Shown: positions 46,589 through 60,559, counted from the first letter of the stretch. The stretch is 64,000 nt of DNA from Isurus oxyrinchus (GCA_026770705.1 JANJGN010000210.1:806001-870000); one strand, 5' to 3'. Numbers and translations: made by a program. The notes: generated by a model not told the origin, from the sequence alone.

Positions 46589-47645
46589 TAGCACACATAT
46601 GGTTTGAAAAATGATAATAACTGAAAATATTGAGATTAATGCTGCCATGTTCCCTATTTCCTAACAAGCTCTTGGTAGAAACATTTGCTCAAGTTTACAA
46701 ACCGCCAGAAGAATTCGCTGGAATGCATATATTTCACTGTGGATTTTTTCTTCTGACTGGTATAACTGCCATCCTGCGGTTTTTGTTTTTCAGCTCAAAA
46801 AATAAACTAGGTCATCAAAACCCTGTTGTCTCAGATATAGATAAAGGGAAGATGGAGGAGAGCAGATTAATGAGTCAAATTATCAGAAAAGTGAAGGCGA
46901 GCTGTTTTAAATCCAGTCCAATATTCTTAGTGTGGGAGTAGAGAGCCTTTTGAGGGGCTGCACTCAATAACTGTTCGTGGATTGGTGCACAGAATATCCC
47001 ATTTGCTTACGCAGCGCCGCAAAGGCCAGTCCTGAGGCCAAGTCGAGTTACATACACCATTTGTACCAGTGTTGGGTGAAAAAGAGAAAAAGATGTGGAC
47101 AGGCCCACAAGTTGCTATAATTAATTTACTATTTCCATCAACAATTACAGAAATCAAAGGACGGCCCAGTCCATCCAGACTGCCCCGTAGTAGGAATTAA
47201 GTAAATTGGAATTGCAGTCACTATGGTAATGTAGGAAATGGTCAAATTATGCATAGCAAGCTCCCACAAAGAGCAGTGTGATCATTTGTTTCACTGATAT
47301 CGTTTGAGTTTTAAATGCACAGGAGATTTGACCAGCTCTTTTGTGCAATAAGTGGTGGGGTGTTTAAGGTCCTCCTCGGGGAGGAGGGCGGGAGTGCGTG
47401 AGAGGCGGAATTTCCATTTAATAGCTCATCCGAAAAATGCCACCACGGACATTGCAGCACTCCCTTCATACTGGCAGGAGAAGTGTCAGCCTGAGTTATG
47501 TGCTCACGCCTCCAGAGTGGGGCCTGAACACACACATTTCTGATAGAGAAGCAGAGTTGTGAGATGGAACAGTTAAACTGAGCCGCGGATAGCACTTACC
47601 CACAAAGGGTGGGTTTCTTTGAGCTGGTAGTTCTACATCACTGCG

Positions 47646-48116
47646 GGGTTTTTTACAGCGACAGATGAGTTTTAAACCAGTGTGTTGCGGCGGTGTCCTG
47701 GATTTCCGCTCAAGTGATCGTTAGAGGAAACTTCTTTCCTTCGTTAGTCTGACCCGCCTCGGATATCCCTTTGGTAAAATCTGCATCTCTTTTACTGCTT
47801 CTATCTCGATACAAAATAAAATCGGAACCTGATTCGTGTGCTGTCTGTACCAGTACAGGCCGGGATTACTATGATTTGTTGTGTAGCTACAGTCTATTTT
47901 CTTGCTGTCTCCTTCAGTAACATGCAGTGTGGTCTGAGGTTGGGACACAGAATCTGCCTGAATCAAACCTGAAATAAAACGTAACGAAAAACGAATGCAA
48001 TACTGAGTTTAAAAGTCTATTAACATCACATAACTGCAAACGGATAAAATGATGTGGCTGCACCTACCGAACATCAGCCACAATAAAATCAGATGACGAT
48101 GTGGCATAAGCCACAT
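47646..48116 (-). pseudogene. TCR V alpha/delta pseudogene (leader 48116-48068, V exon 47968-47685, RSS 47684-47646)
   Basis: Leader MWLMPHRHLILLWLMF|gtaggt; ADSVSQPQTTLHVTEGDSKKIDCSYTTNHSNPGLYWYRQ, then a frameshift, a stop and loss of the YYC motif after QDTAA. RSS CACACTG-23-AAAAAACCC. Confidence 0.9.
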
Positions 48117-49480
48117 TATATCCTGAGCAACAATCTCTTCGAAAAGCAGATATATTTACTGTTGCAATCTGTTACATTAAGAAACAGTTCTCCAGAGAGC
48201 TTTAACGGAAGGGGAGTAAGGGGCGGGGGCTTTTGTAATTCTTCTGTAATTCTTTTCCAATAAGAAGTAGCGAATGAGTTAACTCGGTCACCACATTTTG
48301 TCACGAGTGCTGACTGGCCAAATATAGTTCCTCTACTTCCTCCTATGCCGTCTAATGGCATCACTCAGAAGATGGAAGGAGGAGGGGACAATGTTTGGCG
48401 GCTGGGGGGAACTATTCTGGATGGAGTTTGTGTTTGGCAATTCGCCCCTCCCTCCCCTCCTCAGACCTCTTGGTCAGGAGAGAAAATAATGAGGTCATTT
48501 AAAGAACAACTGTACATTCTTCATGTTGCAGGAGGAAAATAGCGAACCAGAGAAACTCGGAGAGAGAATAACAGGACTGAAAAAGACGGAAGAGACACAA
48601 ATAAGGAAGGGAAGGGTGAATAAGAAACACTGAGGAAGAAATCACACGATGATTGCCATAAGGGAACAGCTGCTCTTCCTAGTGTTGTTCTAGCCATTGC
48701 CCAGTTATGGGCGATGGTGGCAAGATCGGCATTTATTGCCCATCCCTTGCTTCACATAAGGATCTTATGATGAGCCTTCTCCTCCAACCACCAGTGTGTG
48801 TATGGTGAAAGTGCTCCACTGTACAGCTTACACCGGAGTGAGAATTGACTGTGGTTTGTAGGATTAATTGATAACACAGCACATAAAGAGGTCATTTGGT
48901 TAAGCGTGCATGTGCTTGAAGCCTGCAGGAGTTATCCAATAAACGCGAGGCTATTTTCTTTTTCTGTAGACCTGCATGTTTCATTTTGAAACATTTATCC
49001 AATTGCTTAATATTGTATCTGCTACCATCATTCTTTCAGGAAGGCTTTCAAGATCACAATAACTCGCCTTGAAACAAATCATTAATCCCCACCCACCCCC
49101 CCCCCCCACCCCCCCCCACCCCCCCCCCCCCCCCCCCCACCCCTCGTCCCCGCCCTCCCCGGAATGATTAACTTGAATCGATACCATCTGATTATCGACC
49201 CTCCTGCCAGAAGAAAAGATTTCTCCTAATCTACTTTCTAAGGAAATTTTCATAAATTTGGTCACCTCAATTAAAATTCCCCTCAGTTTCTCTGTTGCAA
49301 GGGAAATAAAAGGTTTCTCGATTCACTCGAGCTAAATCATATCCGTAATCCTTGACACCATTGTGTTAGAACATGAAAAATGTGTTTTTCATCATTTTCT
49401 TAATGACAAATTTTATTTTTGAAGAGTTGCTCCGTGGCAGATGCCTTTGCTTATCTCTCCAGCTTTTCTCTGGTATAACG

Positions 49481-50054
49481 ATGATTTATACGGAGTAGAG
49501 CGGCTTTGAAACACTGTGACCCTCAATCCGCAGAAATAGATGGTGCTGTCTTTAGGCTCTGCTGCAGAAATTGACAAAGGAAAAACTTGATATTGACGGA
49601 AATGACGAGCATCGAATTTTCCGTTCCAAACTCGCATCCCTGCGCCTGGTTTTATCATAGTACAACAGAGACTGGGATGCCTGGTTCGGGCACAGCCGGT
49701 ACCAGCAGCAACCCGGATCATGAGAACTGGAGTTGTATTTACAGTTCAAAAACGGATTATCTCCCTCATGTACCTTCAACTCATATTGACTCTGCATTAC
49801 CGAACTCCCTTGGGTTTTATCTGTAAAATAATATAGAAACTTCAGTTAACACACTTTCTGGTTACGAACATTCCAGTCCACAATTACGGTATAACTATTA
49901 TAAGGGACATTTGGATAATTCACACTAGAGAAAGAAAGACATTTTAACATTTACAGATTACAACGGGTAGAATGATAAGTCATATCAACACAGGGCTCAC
50001 ATGTCCCAGTATACCTATTACAAAGGAGATCAGGAACAGCTCAACAGCCGTCAT
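49481..50054 (-). pseudogene. TCR V alpha/delta pseudogene (probable leader from 50054, V exon 49820-49519)
   Basis: ttttacag|(D)KTQGSSVMQSQYELKVHEGDNPFLNCKYNSSSHDPGCCWYRL...frameshift...GKFDARH...FPLSISAAEPKDSTIYFCGLR. CACAGTG heptamer, 22-nt spacer, weak nonamer ATAAATCAT. Leader candidate MTAVELFLISFVI; its donor is uncertain. Confidence 0.88.
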
Positions 50055-50309
50055 CTCTAAAGTCCTGGCAAAATATTCCTGACTATAATGTTAAAGTCTT
50101 ACCGGGCACGTGCTTAATCAAGGTTTATTTCCTTGGCTCATGATCACCGCAATGATATCCCGAAGGTTGCTCAGTTACAAACAGCAGAAATGACCAGGTG
50201 ATAGACGTGAGCAAGAAATAAACACACTTAGCGGCAGTCTGGTTGGGCTAGCAAAGATCACTTGTGTGCATGGTTACGTCACTCTAGTGGAGTACTAGGT
50301 GCCACAAAA

Positions 50310-52085
50310 CCCACTGTAATATAAATAGACACATAATCTGGAGTATTATAAAAAAATGTTTAGTTTCGTAATGCAATAACTGAGGCAGGCCTTGTGCAAT
50401 ATAAATGAAAGCAATGTTTCAGATATTTTAACCAGAGACATATTCTAAGTAAGTGCTAACTCAGTGCTTTGTGAGGTAAGCATGGCATACCGAAGTAAAA
50501 ACTGAAACAAGCATCTAGTGTAATTCAAACGAAGACAAGATTTAGTGCTGATATAACTGCACAACCAGTGGTGAAGTTTAAACACTGACGGATCATGGTC
50601 TAACATAAAGAAACAATTTCTTCAGTGCAGCGATTCCTTCCTCTGATACAAGGTCTAGTGTAAAATAAAGATAGAAATGGGCTACCGCGGTAATAACTGA
50701 CGCAAGCCGATCCTAAACTAAAAGGATACACGTCTATTTTAAAATAAGCAATGACATTGACTTGTGCTATGAAACCTGAGATAGGGTCTTGCGTAATATA
50801 AGCACCACGTGATTTGAAGCAGAGCATAGAGAAAGCGCTACACATAAGATAAAGAGTTACATAGTACAGTGCTAACAAAGAAAGGTCATCTAATGCAATA
50901 ATTGCTTGGACACAGTCCAGCATAATACAAATGGCGACATGATCTACTGTCGCAAAAACAGAGGCAAGGCCGAGTCTTTAATAAGTTGAAACACACATTC
51001 CTGTGCATTAGTATCTGTGGCAGAGTTTTGTGTAATATGAACAGAGATAATATTCGTACACCAATAACTGAGATAGGATTAGTGTAACTTAAACAGTTGA
51101 ACAGTGTAATGTAATATGTAGAACAGCATCTACTGCAATATAAACATGGCTGGGAGCTTGTGTAATATGAAGAAAGACAGAGTCTAGAGTTGCAGTAACT
51201 GGGCAGGCCCTCAATTATTGTGAACAGTAACTTTATCCAGTCCAGTTATGACCAATACAGCGCCCAGAGCAACAAAGGAAGTGTCATGTTCTTGTGTAAT
51301 ATAAACAGGAACAGGGTCTCCTGGCATATAAACTGAAACATGGCCGACTGCACGATTAACTGAATCATCCCCCAGTGTAATATAGCTGAAGCAGAATTTA
51401 ATTCATTAATATCTAAGACCTGGCCGACTGTAATGTCAGAAGGGATGTGTTGGACTGCAATGATAAACTCACGCCGGTTCCGTCCGAAAGCAAACAGACA
51501 CATGGTCAAATGGAGTAACAATTAAGAGATGGCCTAACACATGTTAAAGAGTAGAAGGAGCTGAGATCGACACGGATGCAAAGGCGCAAGAGACGAGTCC
51601 AGTACAAAATAGAATAATAAGTGATCTCGTGCAGCAATTAAGGAATTGCACTGAGACCGAGTCTGTAGGAGATAGAACAATGTCATGGTGTTCTGGGATA
51701 TTGAGTCAGAAACATGATCTAGTGTGATATGAAATCAGATAAATGTGTGGGATAATATGGACAAACAGAGATCTAGTGTAATGAAAACTGAGATAAGGCC
51801 TGGAATAATCTGCAAAGGGACATTTCGCATTTTACAACAAACAAAGATAGGATGAAAGTTAACAGAACTATAGTCTGGTGCAGTATTAAATAAAATAGGA
51901 CCTAGTGTGAAATAAGCAGGGGACGAATCTCATGCTGTAATAAAATGCCACTTAGTCCAATATAAACAGAAACATTATCTGGTTTAAAATTATCAGCGGC
52001 ATGGTCTAGTGCATTAAAAACTCATAGAGGACACCATTTAAAATCAGTGGCATCGTCTAAAGCATTTTTTAATAAAGCCTGCTGT
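50310..52085. repeat. Old degenerate satellite, about 27-bp period; further blocks at about 54115-54297, 56560-56780, 56930-56990 and 57525-57700
   Basis: Recurring CTAGTGTAATATAAACAGAGACATGGT-like unit; a 26-27 bp period can be counted at 54169-54295. Confidence 0.7.
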
Positions 52086-52659
52086 AATCGAAAGGAAGGT
52101 ATGGTCCTACTGCCACCAGGTGGACGCTGAATGCAATGTCCCCAGTTCGCCGATGCCAAAACGTTGATGGAAAAGATAGCTCTCAGGAGGACGCTAAGAT
52201 TCTGAAAAGGAATACAAACTGGTTACATGTGTGGAAGCACCATAAAGACGGACTAAGCATGAAATCCTGCACTTGGTGACGGTGTTGGATGGATGGGGGG
52301 GTGGTGGTGGTGGGGGCGGGGGGGGTGGTGGGTGGGGACAGGATATTACTTATGGATCACGGAAAGTTAAAATTCTGGCACAGTCTGCAGTTAGGAAATC
52401 AAATGGTATGTTAGCCGATTTAGAAACGGATTAGAGTAAAAGAGTTTAGAAGCCTTACAGCAATTGTATAATTAATTGTATATATCCCAGTGAGATTTCC
52501 TAGGGTACTGTACACAGTTTTGGTTTTCAAACCTAAGGAAGGATGTATTTGCCTTAGAGAGGATAAAACAAAGGTTGACCACATTAATTCCTGGGATGAG
52601 GTGCTTGTCCCACGAGAAGAGGTTAAGTCGGCTTTGCACACGTTCCACTGAAGTTTTTT

Positions 52660-53805
52660 TAATTCTTTTTTTAAGGGATGTGGGCTCCTCTGCCTGGGCC
52701 AGCATTTTTTGCCCATCCCTAATTGCCCTTGAGAAGGGGTTGGTGAGCTGCCTTCTTGAATCGCTGCAGTTCCGGTGCTGCAGGTACACCCAAATTCCAA
52801 TTACAGATGGGATTCCAGGATTTTGACACAGCGACAGTGAAAGAGCAGTGATATTTTCCCAAGTCAGGATGCTGGGTGGCTTGGAGGGCTGATTCCTGAT
52901 GTTGGTAATCCCTTGTGTCTGCTAGTCGTGGTCCTGAGTTTGGAAGGCGCTGTCTAAGGAGCCTTGGTGAATTCCTGCCGTGCAGTTTGTAGATGGTACA
53001 CACTGCTGCTATGTGCGTCAGTGGTGAAGGGAGTGAATGTTTGTGGATGGGGTGCCAAATAAGTGGGGTGTTTGATCATGGGCTGTGTCAAGCTCCTTGA
53101 GTGTTGCGCTCATCCAGACAAGTGGACATTATTCCACCACACCCGTGACTTGTGCCTTCTGGATAGTGAACAGGATTTAGTGAGTCAGGAGGAGAGTGAC
53201 TCGAAGCACGATTCCTAGCTTCTGGCCTGGTCTTGTAGGCATACTTTCATGTGCATAGTCCAGTTCAGTTTCTGGTCAATGATAACACCCAGGATGTTGA
53301 TATTGGGGGGATTCAGAGATGGCAATGCCATTGCACGTCAAGGGGCGATGGTCAAATTCTCTCTTGTTGGAGATGGTCATTGCCTGGTACCTGTATGGCG
53401 TGAATATTACTTGCCACTTATCAGCCCAAGTCTGGACATTGGCTAGGTCTTGCTGCATTTGGACATGGACTGCTTCAGTACCTGAGGAGTCGTGAATGGT
53501 GCTGAACATTGTGCAATCATCTGTGGACCTCGTCACTTCTAACCTTCTGATCTAAGGAAGGTCAGCAGCTGAAGATGGTGGGGCTAAGGGCACTACCCTG
53601 AGGAACTCCTGCAGTGATGTCCTAGAACTGAGATGATTGACTTTTAACAGCCACAACGATCTTCTTTTGTGCTGTGTATGACTATAACCAGCGGAGATCT
53701 TTCCCCCAAATGCACATTGACTCCACTTTTGCCAGGGCTCCTTGACGCCACAGTCAGTCAAATGCTGCCTTGATGTCAAGGGCAGTCATTTTCAACTCCC
53801 CTCTG
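52660..53805 (-). mobile_element. LINE RT 3' fragment with the tail shared by the local SINEs
   Basis: DDCTMFSTI...MQQDLANVQTWADKWQVIF and CTIYKLH...NSPRLLRQ. Confidence 0.75.
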
Positions 53806-55922
53806 ATAATAACGAGAGAGGATCTCATATATAATTCTTAAGGGGCTGCAAGGATTTCGGCTTCACCGTGGAATCTAGTACCAAGGCTCACAGTCTCAGC
53901 ATACGGGGTCGACAATTTGGTACTGATGGTTCTGTACCCATTGAGCTGTGGGGCTTCTGGTGACAAAAAAGAATGAATGAATATGGGGATATTCCTGTAA
54001 CATGGAATTGAGATAGAATATGAACCATGAATTCACTGCTTTGTGGTGAAGACTCGAATGGTCGATTGCCTAATACATTCCTAGATCGTATATTTTTATG
54101 TTGAACCATCTCCTTATTTTTACATAAATAGAGAAACGTGGTCTAGTGCATTCATTCGTGTTCCAGTGTCTAGTGTAATATAAACAAAAATATGACTTGG
54201 TACAGTGCAACTGAGATAAGTTCGAGTGGACTAAAGACAATGACATGTTCTTGTACAGTAATGACAGAGATAGGTCCTTGTGCACTATGAGCAGAATCTC
54301 CGTTCAGCTGCCACTACGTGTCTACAGATTTCCAAAGCGCCACTACAACACTGCCTCTTTATTTCTATTGCACATTTTTATTTTCAGCACTGTTTGAAAG
54401 TTTGACATTGTAGTTAATGTAAAAATGGTGGGTGCAAGTTACTGATTCTCGTACTAGCAGGTCAGCAGACACTGATGACCACCTCATCACGTTCAGCAGG
54501 AGGTAAAATGGGTTTTATGTGCACTAATTGAAGATGAGCTTATTTGATTTATGCACAGAAACATCAACGGCAGAGGAAAGTGGCTTGGACCCCAGCAATC
54601 TTTCTTCGGTTATTTCAGGTCAAGAGAGGGATATTGACCAATATATAGTGTAGGACCATGAGAACTTTAATTCCTCCCAGAACAGCCAAGGTTCATGATC
54701 TCCCCAAAAAGATAGCATCTTTTCAATAGCCCGATTAGAATTCTGATATTTATGCTCAGGTTCTGAAGTTGAGGTGGAATCCACAATGTAATGACACTCA
54801 AATCAGAACAATCAGAAAGGAATAATTGGTATTCTAGTTGTGCGAGGCTTCTTGAGGATGAGTGACCAGAATATGACAGAATTCTTCATCAAGATGGAGA
54901 GTGACATAGTTGATTCTGAGACTAGGGCCCTGAAACTTAATAAAGGAAACTACGATGGTTTGACGCGCGAGTTGGCTATGATGGATTGGGAAACGATACT
55001 TAAAGAGATGACGGTGGATAGGCAATGGCAAACGTTCGAAGAGCACATGGGTTAACTGAAACAATGTCACTTTAGCTGAAAGGCTTGAGGTAATATCTTA
55101 TATTTACATATATACCATTGCATTCGCTAATGTAGTTCCTGTTAAGCTTCCCGATGCTAATATCACATAAAGCAGCCTGAAGAATACAATTACTAAACTT
55201 AATTCATCCAATTCCAATTTATGGGCTCATCAAACCTAAAGGAAAGACGGGGCACACTCACCCCATCAAAACTGTGCCCGCTTTCTGGAAAAAAGTGCCT
55301 ATAATTAGTTGTACTCTCTTTCTCTTTTTCCAAACTCCTGCACGTCTTCCACTTCCAAGCATCCGTACAATTTCCTTTTGAAGGTGACAACTAAATATGG
55401 TCCCATCTCCCTAAAGGAAATAAAGCCCAGCTCACAGCAATTCGCTGCATAAAAAAATCTACCTTTTCCCCTTTATTCCTCTACGAATTGTCTGAACATT
55501 GGCTAGTGATCCTTCTGCCAGTGGAATTAGCATCTCACTAACAATTCTGTAAAACAAACCTTCAGAAATTTAGAAACCTCTATTATAATCCCCCTGTAAG
55601 ATTCTTGTCCTTTTTCTCTAATTTCTTCAGATACCCGAGGTGTCTCATCTCTGGTTCAGTTTGAATAAATATCTTCTGGGCCTGCTCCAAAACTATTGCA
55701 TACTCCTGAAAGTGTGGTTTCAAATAAATTCAATACCTTTTTTTCCCTTCAGATAAATTCTAGCGATATATGTTCGCTTACAACTAGTCTAAGCAATAAT
55801 TTGCGTAATTCCAATCTCTGTACTAAGACTATTACTTTCGCCGACAGCGCACAGAATCACCTGTATGCTCAACAAAATTGGTTTGTTTAGAATCACCTGT
55901 ATGCTCAACAAAATTGGTTTGT

Positions 55923-56064
55923 CTAGTTCTTTCGAAGGGTCATGAGGACTCGAAACGTCAACTCTTTTCTTCTCCGCCGATGCTGCCAGACCTGCTGAGT
56001 TTTTCGAGGTAATTCTGTTTTTGTTTCGGATTTCCAGCATCCGCAGTTTTTTTGTTTTTATATT
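55923..56064 (+). mobile_element. Short Penelope-like terminal fragment with hammerhead-like motif
   Basis: Nearly identical to 13282-13420; ATTGGTTTGT is repeated on both sides. Confidence 0.8.
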
Positions 56065-56095
56065 ATTGGTTTGTTTTCAATGTCCGTTAGATCAC

Positions 56096-56111
56096 TGCCG
56101 CCACCTGCTGA
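56096..56111 (-). promoter_or_regulatory. CTCF-like site
   Basis: TGCCGCCACCTGCTGA, reverse complement TCAGCAGGTGGCGGCA. Confidence 0.45.
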
Positions 56112-56989
56112 CCAACATCCTCTACTACAGGCCCTGGAGTTTATCTAAAATGATTCAGAATTCTACACGTAACATGTCCATTTGCTAGTGAATTTCACTC
56201 AGTGAAGTTTTTCAGCGCAAACCACGAGAGACAAGAGATGAAAAGGATTTAAGACGGAAGTGCCAATATTACTGTTATGAATTTCGAGAAGTTTTCCGTG
56301 AGAAAGTGTGCAGTTACTGAGGAAGAGACTGGCAGTGAAGAAAGGAACAAAACCATTTCTGCCGGTGGAGTGGGTTGAACAGCTGCTGCTCAGTTTCTTC
56401 TGGCGGAGGCTCACTTGCGCCCATTTTATAGCGCATTCCAAATGTCTGCAACGAGCACAGGGCGTATCGAAATTTTAAAGATATTTTCAGAGCACAGTTG
56501 CAACACGGAGATGTTTGCGCCATCTTTTTACTTATATTTTCATTACGCTAGACAGACGTTCATGTGATAGAATCAGAGGCATGGCGTAATAAAATATAAA
56601 CAGGGCAAGGGCCCAATATAATAAAAGTCCAGAGACAGCGTCTGATGTAATATAAACAAAGATATGCATTTATGCAGCAACATCTGACACATGGCCAAAT
56701 GTAATATAAATTATTATATTATAATATAATGCATCGTATTATGAAATACTATAATATAATAACATTACATAATCAAATGTAGCTACGTAGGACAATCCGT
56801 TGTGACACTATTCTATGCATGGGTAAGGCATTCAAAGTTTGTGGGCTTGAATCCCACCAGGGTCAAATTTTGAAGGGGCGAATAGAGACAAACTCAGCTC
56901 TGATTCTTCAGCAGTGATAACTGCGACGGGGTTCTTGTGTAATGTCACGTGAAATAGATGCAATGCTGGAATAAACTAGACAGGCTCTT

Positions 56990-57525
56990 CTGTTGAGGCT
57001 ACAGCAGGAGTACTGTGTGCAGTTCTGGTCGCCACATTATAGGAAGGATGTGATTGCACTGGAGGGGGTGCAGAGGAGATTCACCAGAATGTTGCCTGGG
57101 ATGAAACATTTAAGTTATGAAGAGAGGTTGGATAGATTTGGGTTGTTTTCGTCGGAGCAGAGAAGATTGATGAGCGATCTCATCGAGGTGTACAAGATTA
57201 TGAAGGTTAGCACCCCTTACTTGAAGAGTCAGTCATAAGGGGGCATAAGTTCAAGGTGAGGGGCAGGAGGTTTAAGGGGGATGTGAGGAAAGCTTTTTTT
57301 TTGCCCAGAGGGTGGTGATGGTCTGGAATGCATTGCCTGGGAGGGCGGTGGAAGCGGGTTGCCTCACATCCTGAAAAAGTACCTGGATGAGCACTTGGCA
57401 CGTCATAACATTTAAGGCTATGGGCCAACTGCTGGTAAATGGGAGCAGTTAGATAAGTCAGGTGTTTCTCACATGTCGGTGCAGACTCGATGGGCCAAAG
57501 GGCCTCTTCTGCACTGTGACTCTGT
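56990..57525 (+). mobile_element. CR1-type LINE 3' fragment
   Basis: EYCVQFWSPHYRKDVIALEGVQRRFTRMLPG...LSYEERL. Confidence 0.9.
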
Positions 57526-59141
57526 GAATATAAACAGATGTTTCATCAGTCCAGCAATAACAGAAACAGTGTCTCATATTGTATAAATGGAGAAAGAGCT
57601 TCGTGTTACATACACAGTGATAGAGAGCATATATATGGTTCTGAGCTAAGATGTCCATTTGCTTGAGGAATCGAATGACCGCAACTATCAATAATCTATG
57701 AAAATTCAGTCACCTGAGCTTACATTGATTAGACGCACAGTCACCTCCATTTGACCTTGCATGGCATGACCTATAGTCAATTCCCCACCAACAACATCCT
57801 GAACACCCGTGGCTACAGCAGCCCAACAGAGTTTGAACATTATGCGGATTCCCAATCGTAGCTGTTGCATGTGAAGCCCATAAGATACACTGCAGCAGCG
57901 CACAAAGCCTCTATTTTATTAATTTATGGGATGTGGGCTTCGCTGGCAGGGGCAGCATTTATTGCCCACCACAAGTTGCCCTTTGGAACGTGGTGGTGAG
58001 CTTCCTTCTTCAACCACTGCAGTCTATGAGGTGTAGGTACACCCGCAGTGCTGTTAGGGTGTGCCAGGCTTTTGGCCCAGCAATAGTGGAGGAACAGCGA
58101 TATATTTCCAAGTCAGGATGGTGAGTGACTTGGAGGAGAACTTCCAAGTAGTGATGTTCCTATCTCTCTGCTTCCCTTGTCCTTATAGGCTTTAGTGGTC
58201 GTGGGTTTGGAATATGCTGTCGATGGAGCCTTGGTGAGTTCCTGCAGTGCACCTTTAGATGGTGCACACTGCTGCTTCTGTGCATCGGTAGTAAGTACCG
58301 CCCAAACCCATGATGTCAATCACTTAGAAGGGCAACTGAACATGGTAGAACCATCACATCCACTTTCCCCTCCAAGTCAAACATCATTCCAACTTATTTA
58401 TATCGCCGGTCTTTCATCGACCCTGGGTCTTAATTTTGTAAATCCTAGCTAACAGCATTGTGCAGACAACTTACGCAGAGGGGCTGATGTGGTTCATGAA
58501 GGTTGCTCACCAGTGGGAAGTAGAAAGCTGCATTAAATACCAGCCTTGATACTGATGTTCACATCATGAGTATAGAGGCGAAATAATACGAGGAACAGCG
58601 GATACAGAATCACAAATACCTGGCGTTATCTTTCTTGCTTTTGTTAGTTCTTTCTTTCATTTTTACTGTATATTTGAATTCTTTCCTTTTTCTTCTTTCT
58701 CTATTTCAGATTTTCTCTCCTCTCCTCCCTCTTCCACTTTGATTCATTAATTCTCTTTCTGCTTTTGGAATATGATGAGTTACCTTGCATCACAAGAGTA
58801 TTACTTTTTTGAGCATGACGATAAGGCAGTGATGGAACGGCGAATTTTTAAACACAAACCCCGCCCAGCACGGTGTTCTACCCAACCCGGGTCTCTCCTC
58901 CTCCTCTATGAATGACATTGTGAGCGATGCCGTCAAATGCGTCAGGAGGACGAGACAGTTCTCCTGTTCAAACCCAGATAATTGATTCGTTACATTTTGA
59001 TAACAGCAGAATTGCACGAGACGCTTCCTCCTCTCTAGCTCTACATATATGCAAACCCGTTTTTCCACGGTACTCTAACAGATTACAACAACAAATAGAA
59101 CTGCTCTTCCAAAGGGCTGTTGTTGCATCATAATAGATCCC

Positions 59142-59630
59142 ATGTCGTACCGCTGTCCCGTTATATTCTGATTGGTGTTCGGCAAGTACGGCCAGGCCTG
59201 GTATCTGTTTACACTTTTGTGGTGCCATGAGACGTTCTAACACAGTTAGAGTTATAGTTGCCCCTCAGTTCTGTTTTATTTCAAGGGAGATCCGGGCAGA
59301 TTCGGTATAACAAGCTCAGATAACACTCTACGTGGCTGAATGAGATGGTGTGATAAAAGATTGTAGGTAATAGACACAACAAACCTCCGTGACCCCGATC
59401 TGTAGTGGCACTGACAGCGCACAAAGGCTCCCCGTTTTATTTTTCATCGGGATAACAACAGGAAAATTGACATGGATTTTGCCAAGAGAAGATTCGAGGC
59501 CAAGCAGACTAATACAGAAAAAAAAGTTTCCTTTATCGATCACTGGAGAGGAAATCTAGGACACCGCCGCATCTTTCTGTGTGCTGAGGATCACAATTGT
59601 TTCAAACTCATCTGTCGCTGTACAAAAACT
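59142..59630 (+). pseudogene. TCR V alpha/delta pseudogene, inverted paralogue of 47646-48116
   Basis: Leader MSYRCPVIF*LVF|gcaagt; EIRADSV*QAQITLYVAE*DG...DC...DFAKRRFEA...DTAASFCVLR with several stops. RSS CACAATT-23-ACAAAAACT at 59592-59630, spacer almost identical to that of the 47.7 kb V. Confidence 0.88.
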
Positions 59631-60559
59631 TCAGCGATATAGAACTGCCATACGCTTTCTCTCCAGGTCAAACGAACATGACCTACTCTGTTAGTGCCAT
59701 CCGCTGCTCAGTCGGTCTGACTCCTGCATCTGAATTATAAGCTTATAAATTCAATTCTCACTCCAGAGAGTTCAGTCCACAATCCAGGCTGATTCTCGGG
59801 TGCCAGAGGAGACGTTGAACCGAGGGTCCAGCGACTCTCTTAGATAAAAAGATTCCAGGCCTCCATTTGGTAGAACGATAGAGGATTTCTCTCAAGTTTC
59901 CTGGACCTATTCTAATGTCTAAACCGACATCACTAAAAGAGCTTACCACGTTGCCTTTTTGTGGGAGCTTGTTGTGTATATAATAGTTACCGCATTTCCT
60001 ACATTTCAACAGCGGCTGCCCTGCGAATTGCTGCATTAAGGTTTTAAGGTGTGTAGGGAAGGCTGGATTTGCTCACTGCCATTGTTCGTATGTGTATCAT
60101 ATTAAATATTGCAATTCCTGGAACTGTCTCAACTTCTAGAATCACTTCGATGATGTTAGTTACTTGACTGGGTCTCACACCTGCACAATGGTGCGCTGTG
60201 CCTTCAAAGGAGCTGAGAGGATTTGCAACAATCTGCAAAAAATATTTGAGCAGAGACCCGAAACAACTCTTAATATCTGAGCGATCAATGTAAGGGTGAA
60301 CACAGAGCAGCTTACCGCTGATTTCAACGAGCTTCATTAACTTTCATCCGGCTTTCTCCTCCATGTTTTGTTTACACACATCCTCCAAATCAAGATTTTG
60401 GATAACTCAGTGTTATTTGGGAAAGTCAGATGGGAAACTCAGGATGGCAGCTATTTTCAGTAACATGTTAAAAATATAATCCACTATATTAGTCGAAATT
60501 CTATTCCCTTGCTCTTTGTGATCTGAAGCAACGGTTTACTTCCAATGCTTGTTAAAGTC

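Noticed and set aside
52112-52128. CTCF-like CCACCAGGTGGACGCT
   Set aside because: A one-base insertion breaks the core; too uncertain to call.
56310-56432. TATA box plus hydrophobic leader-like sequence on the minus strand
   Set aside because: No V exon found downstream and the donor phase does not fit a V leader.
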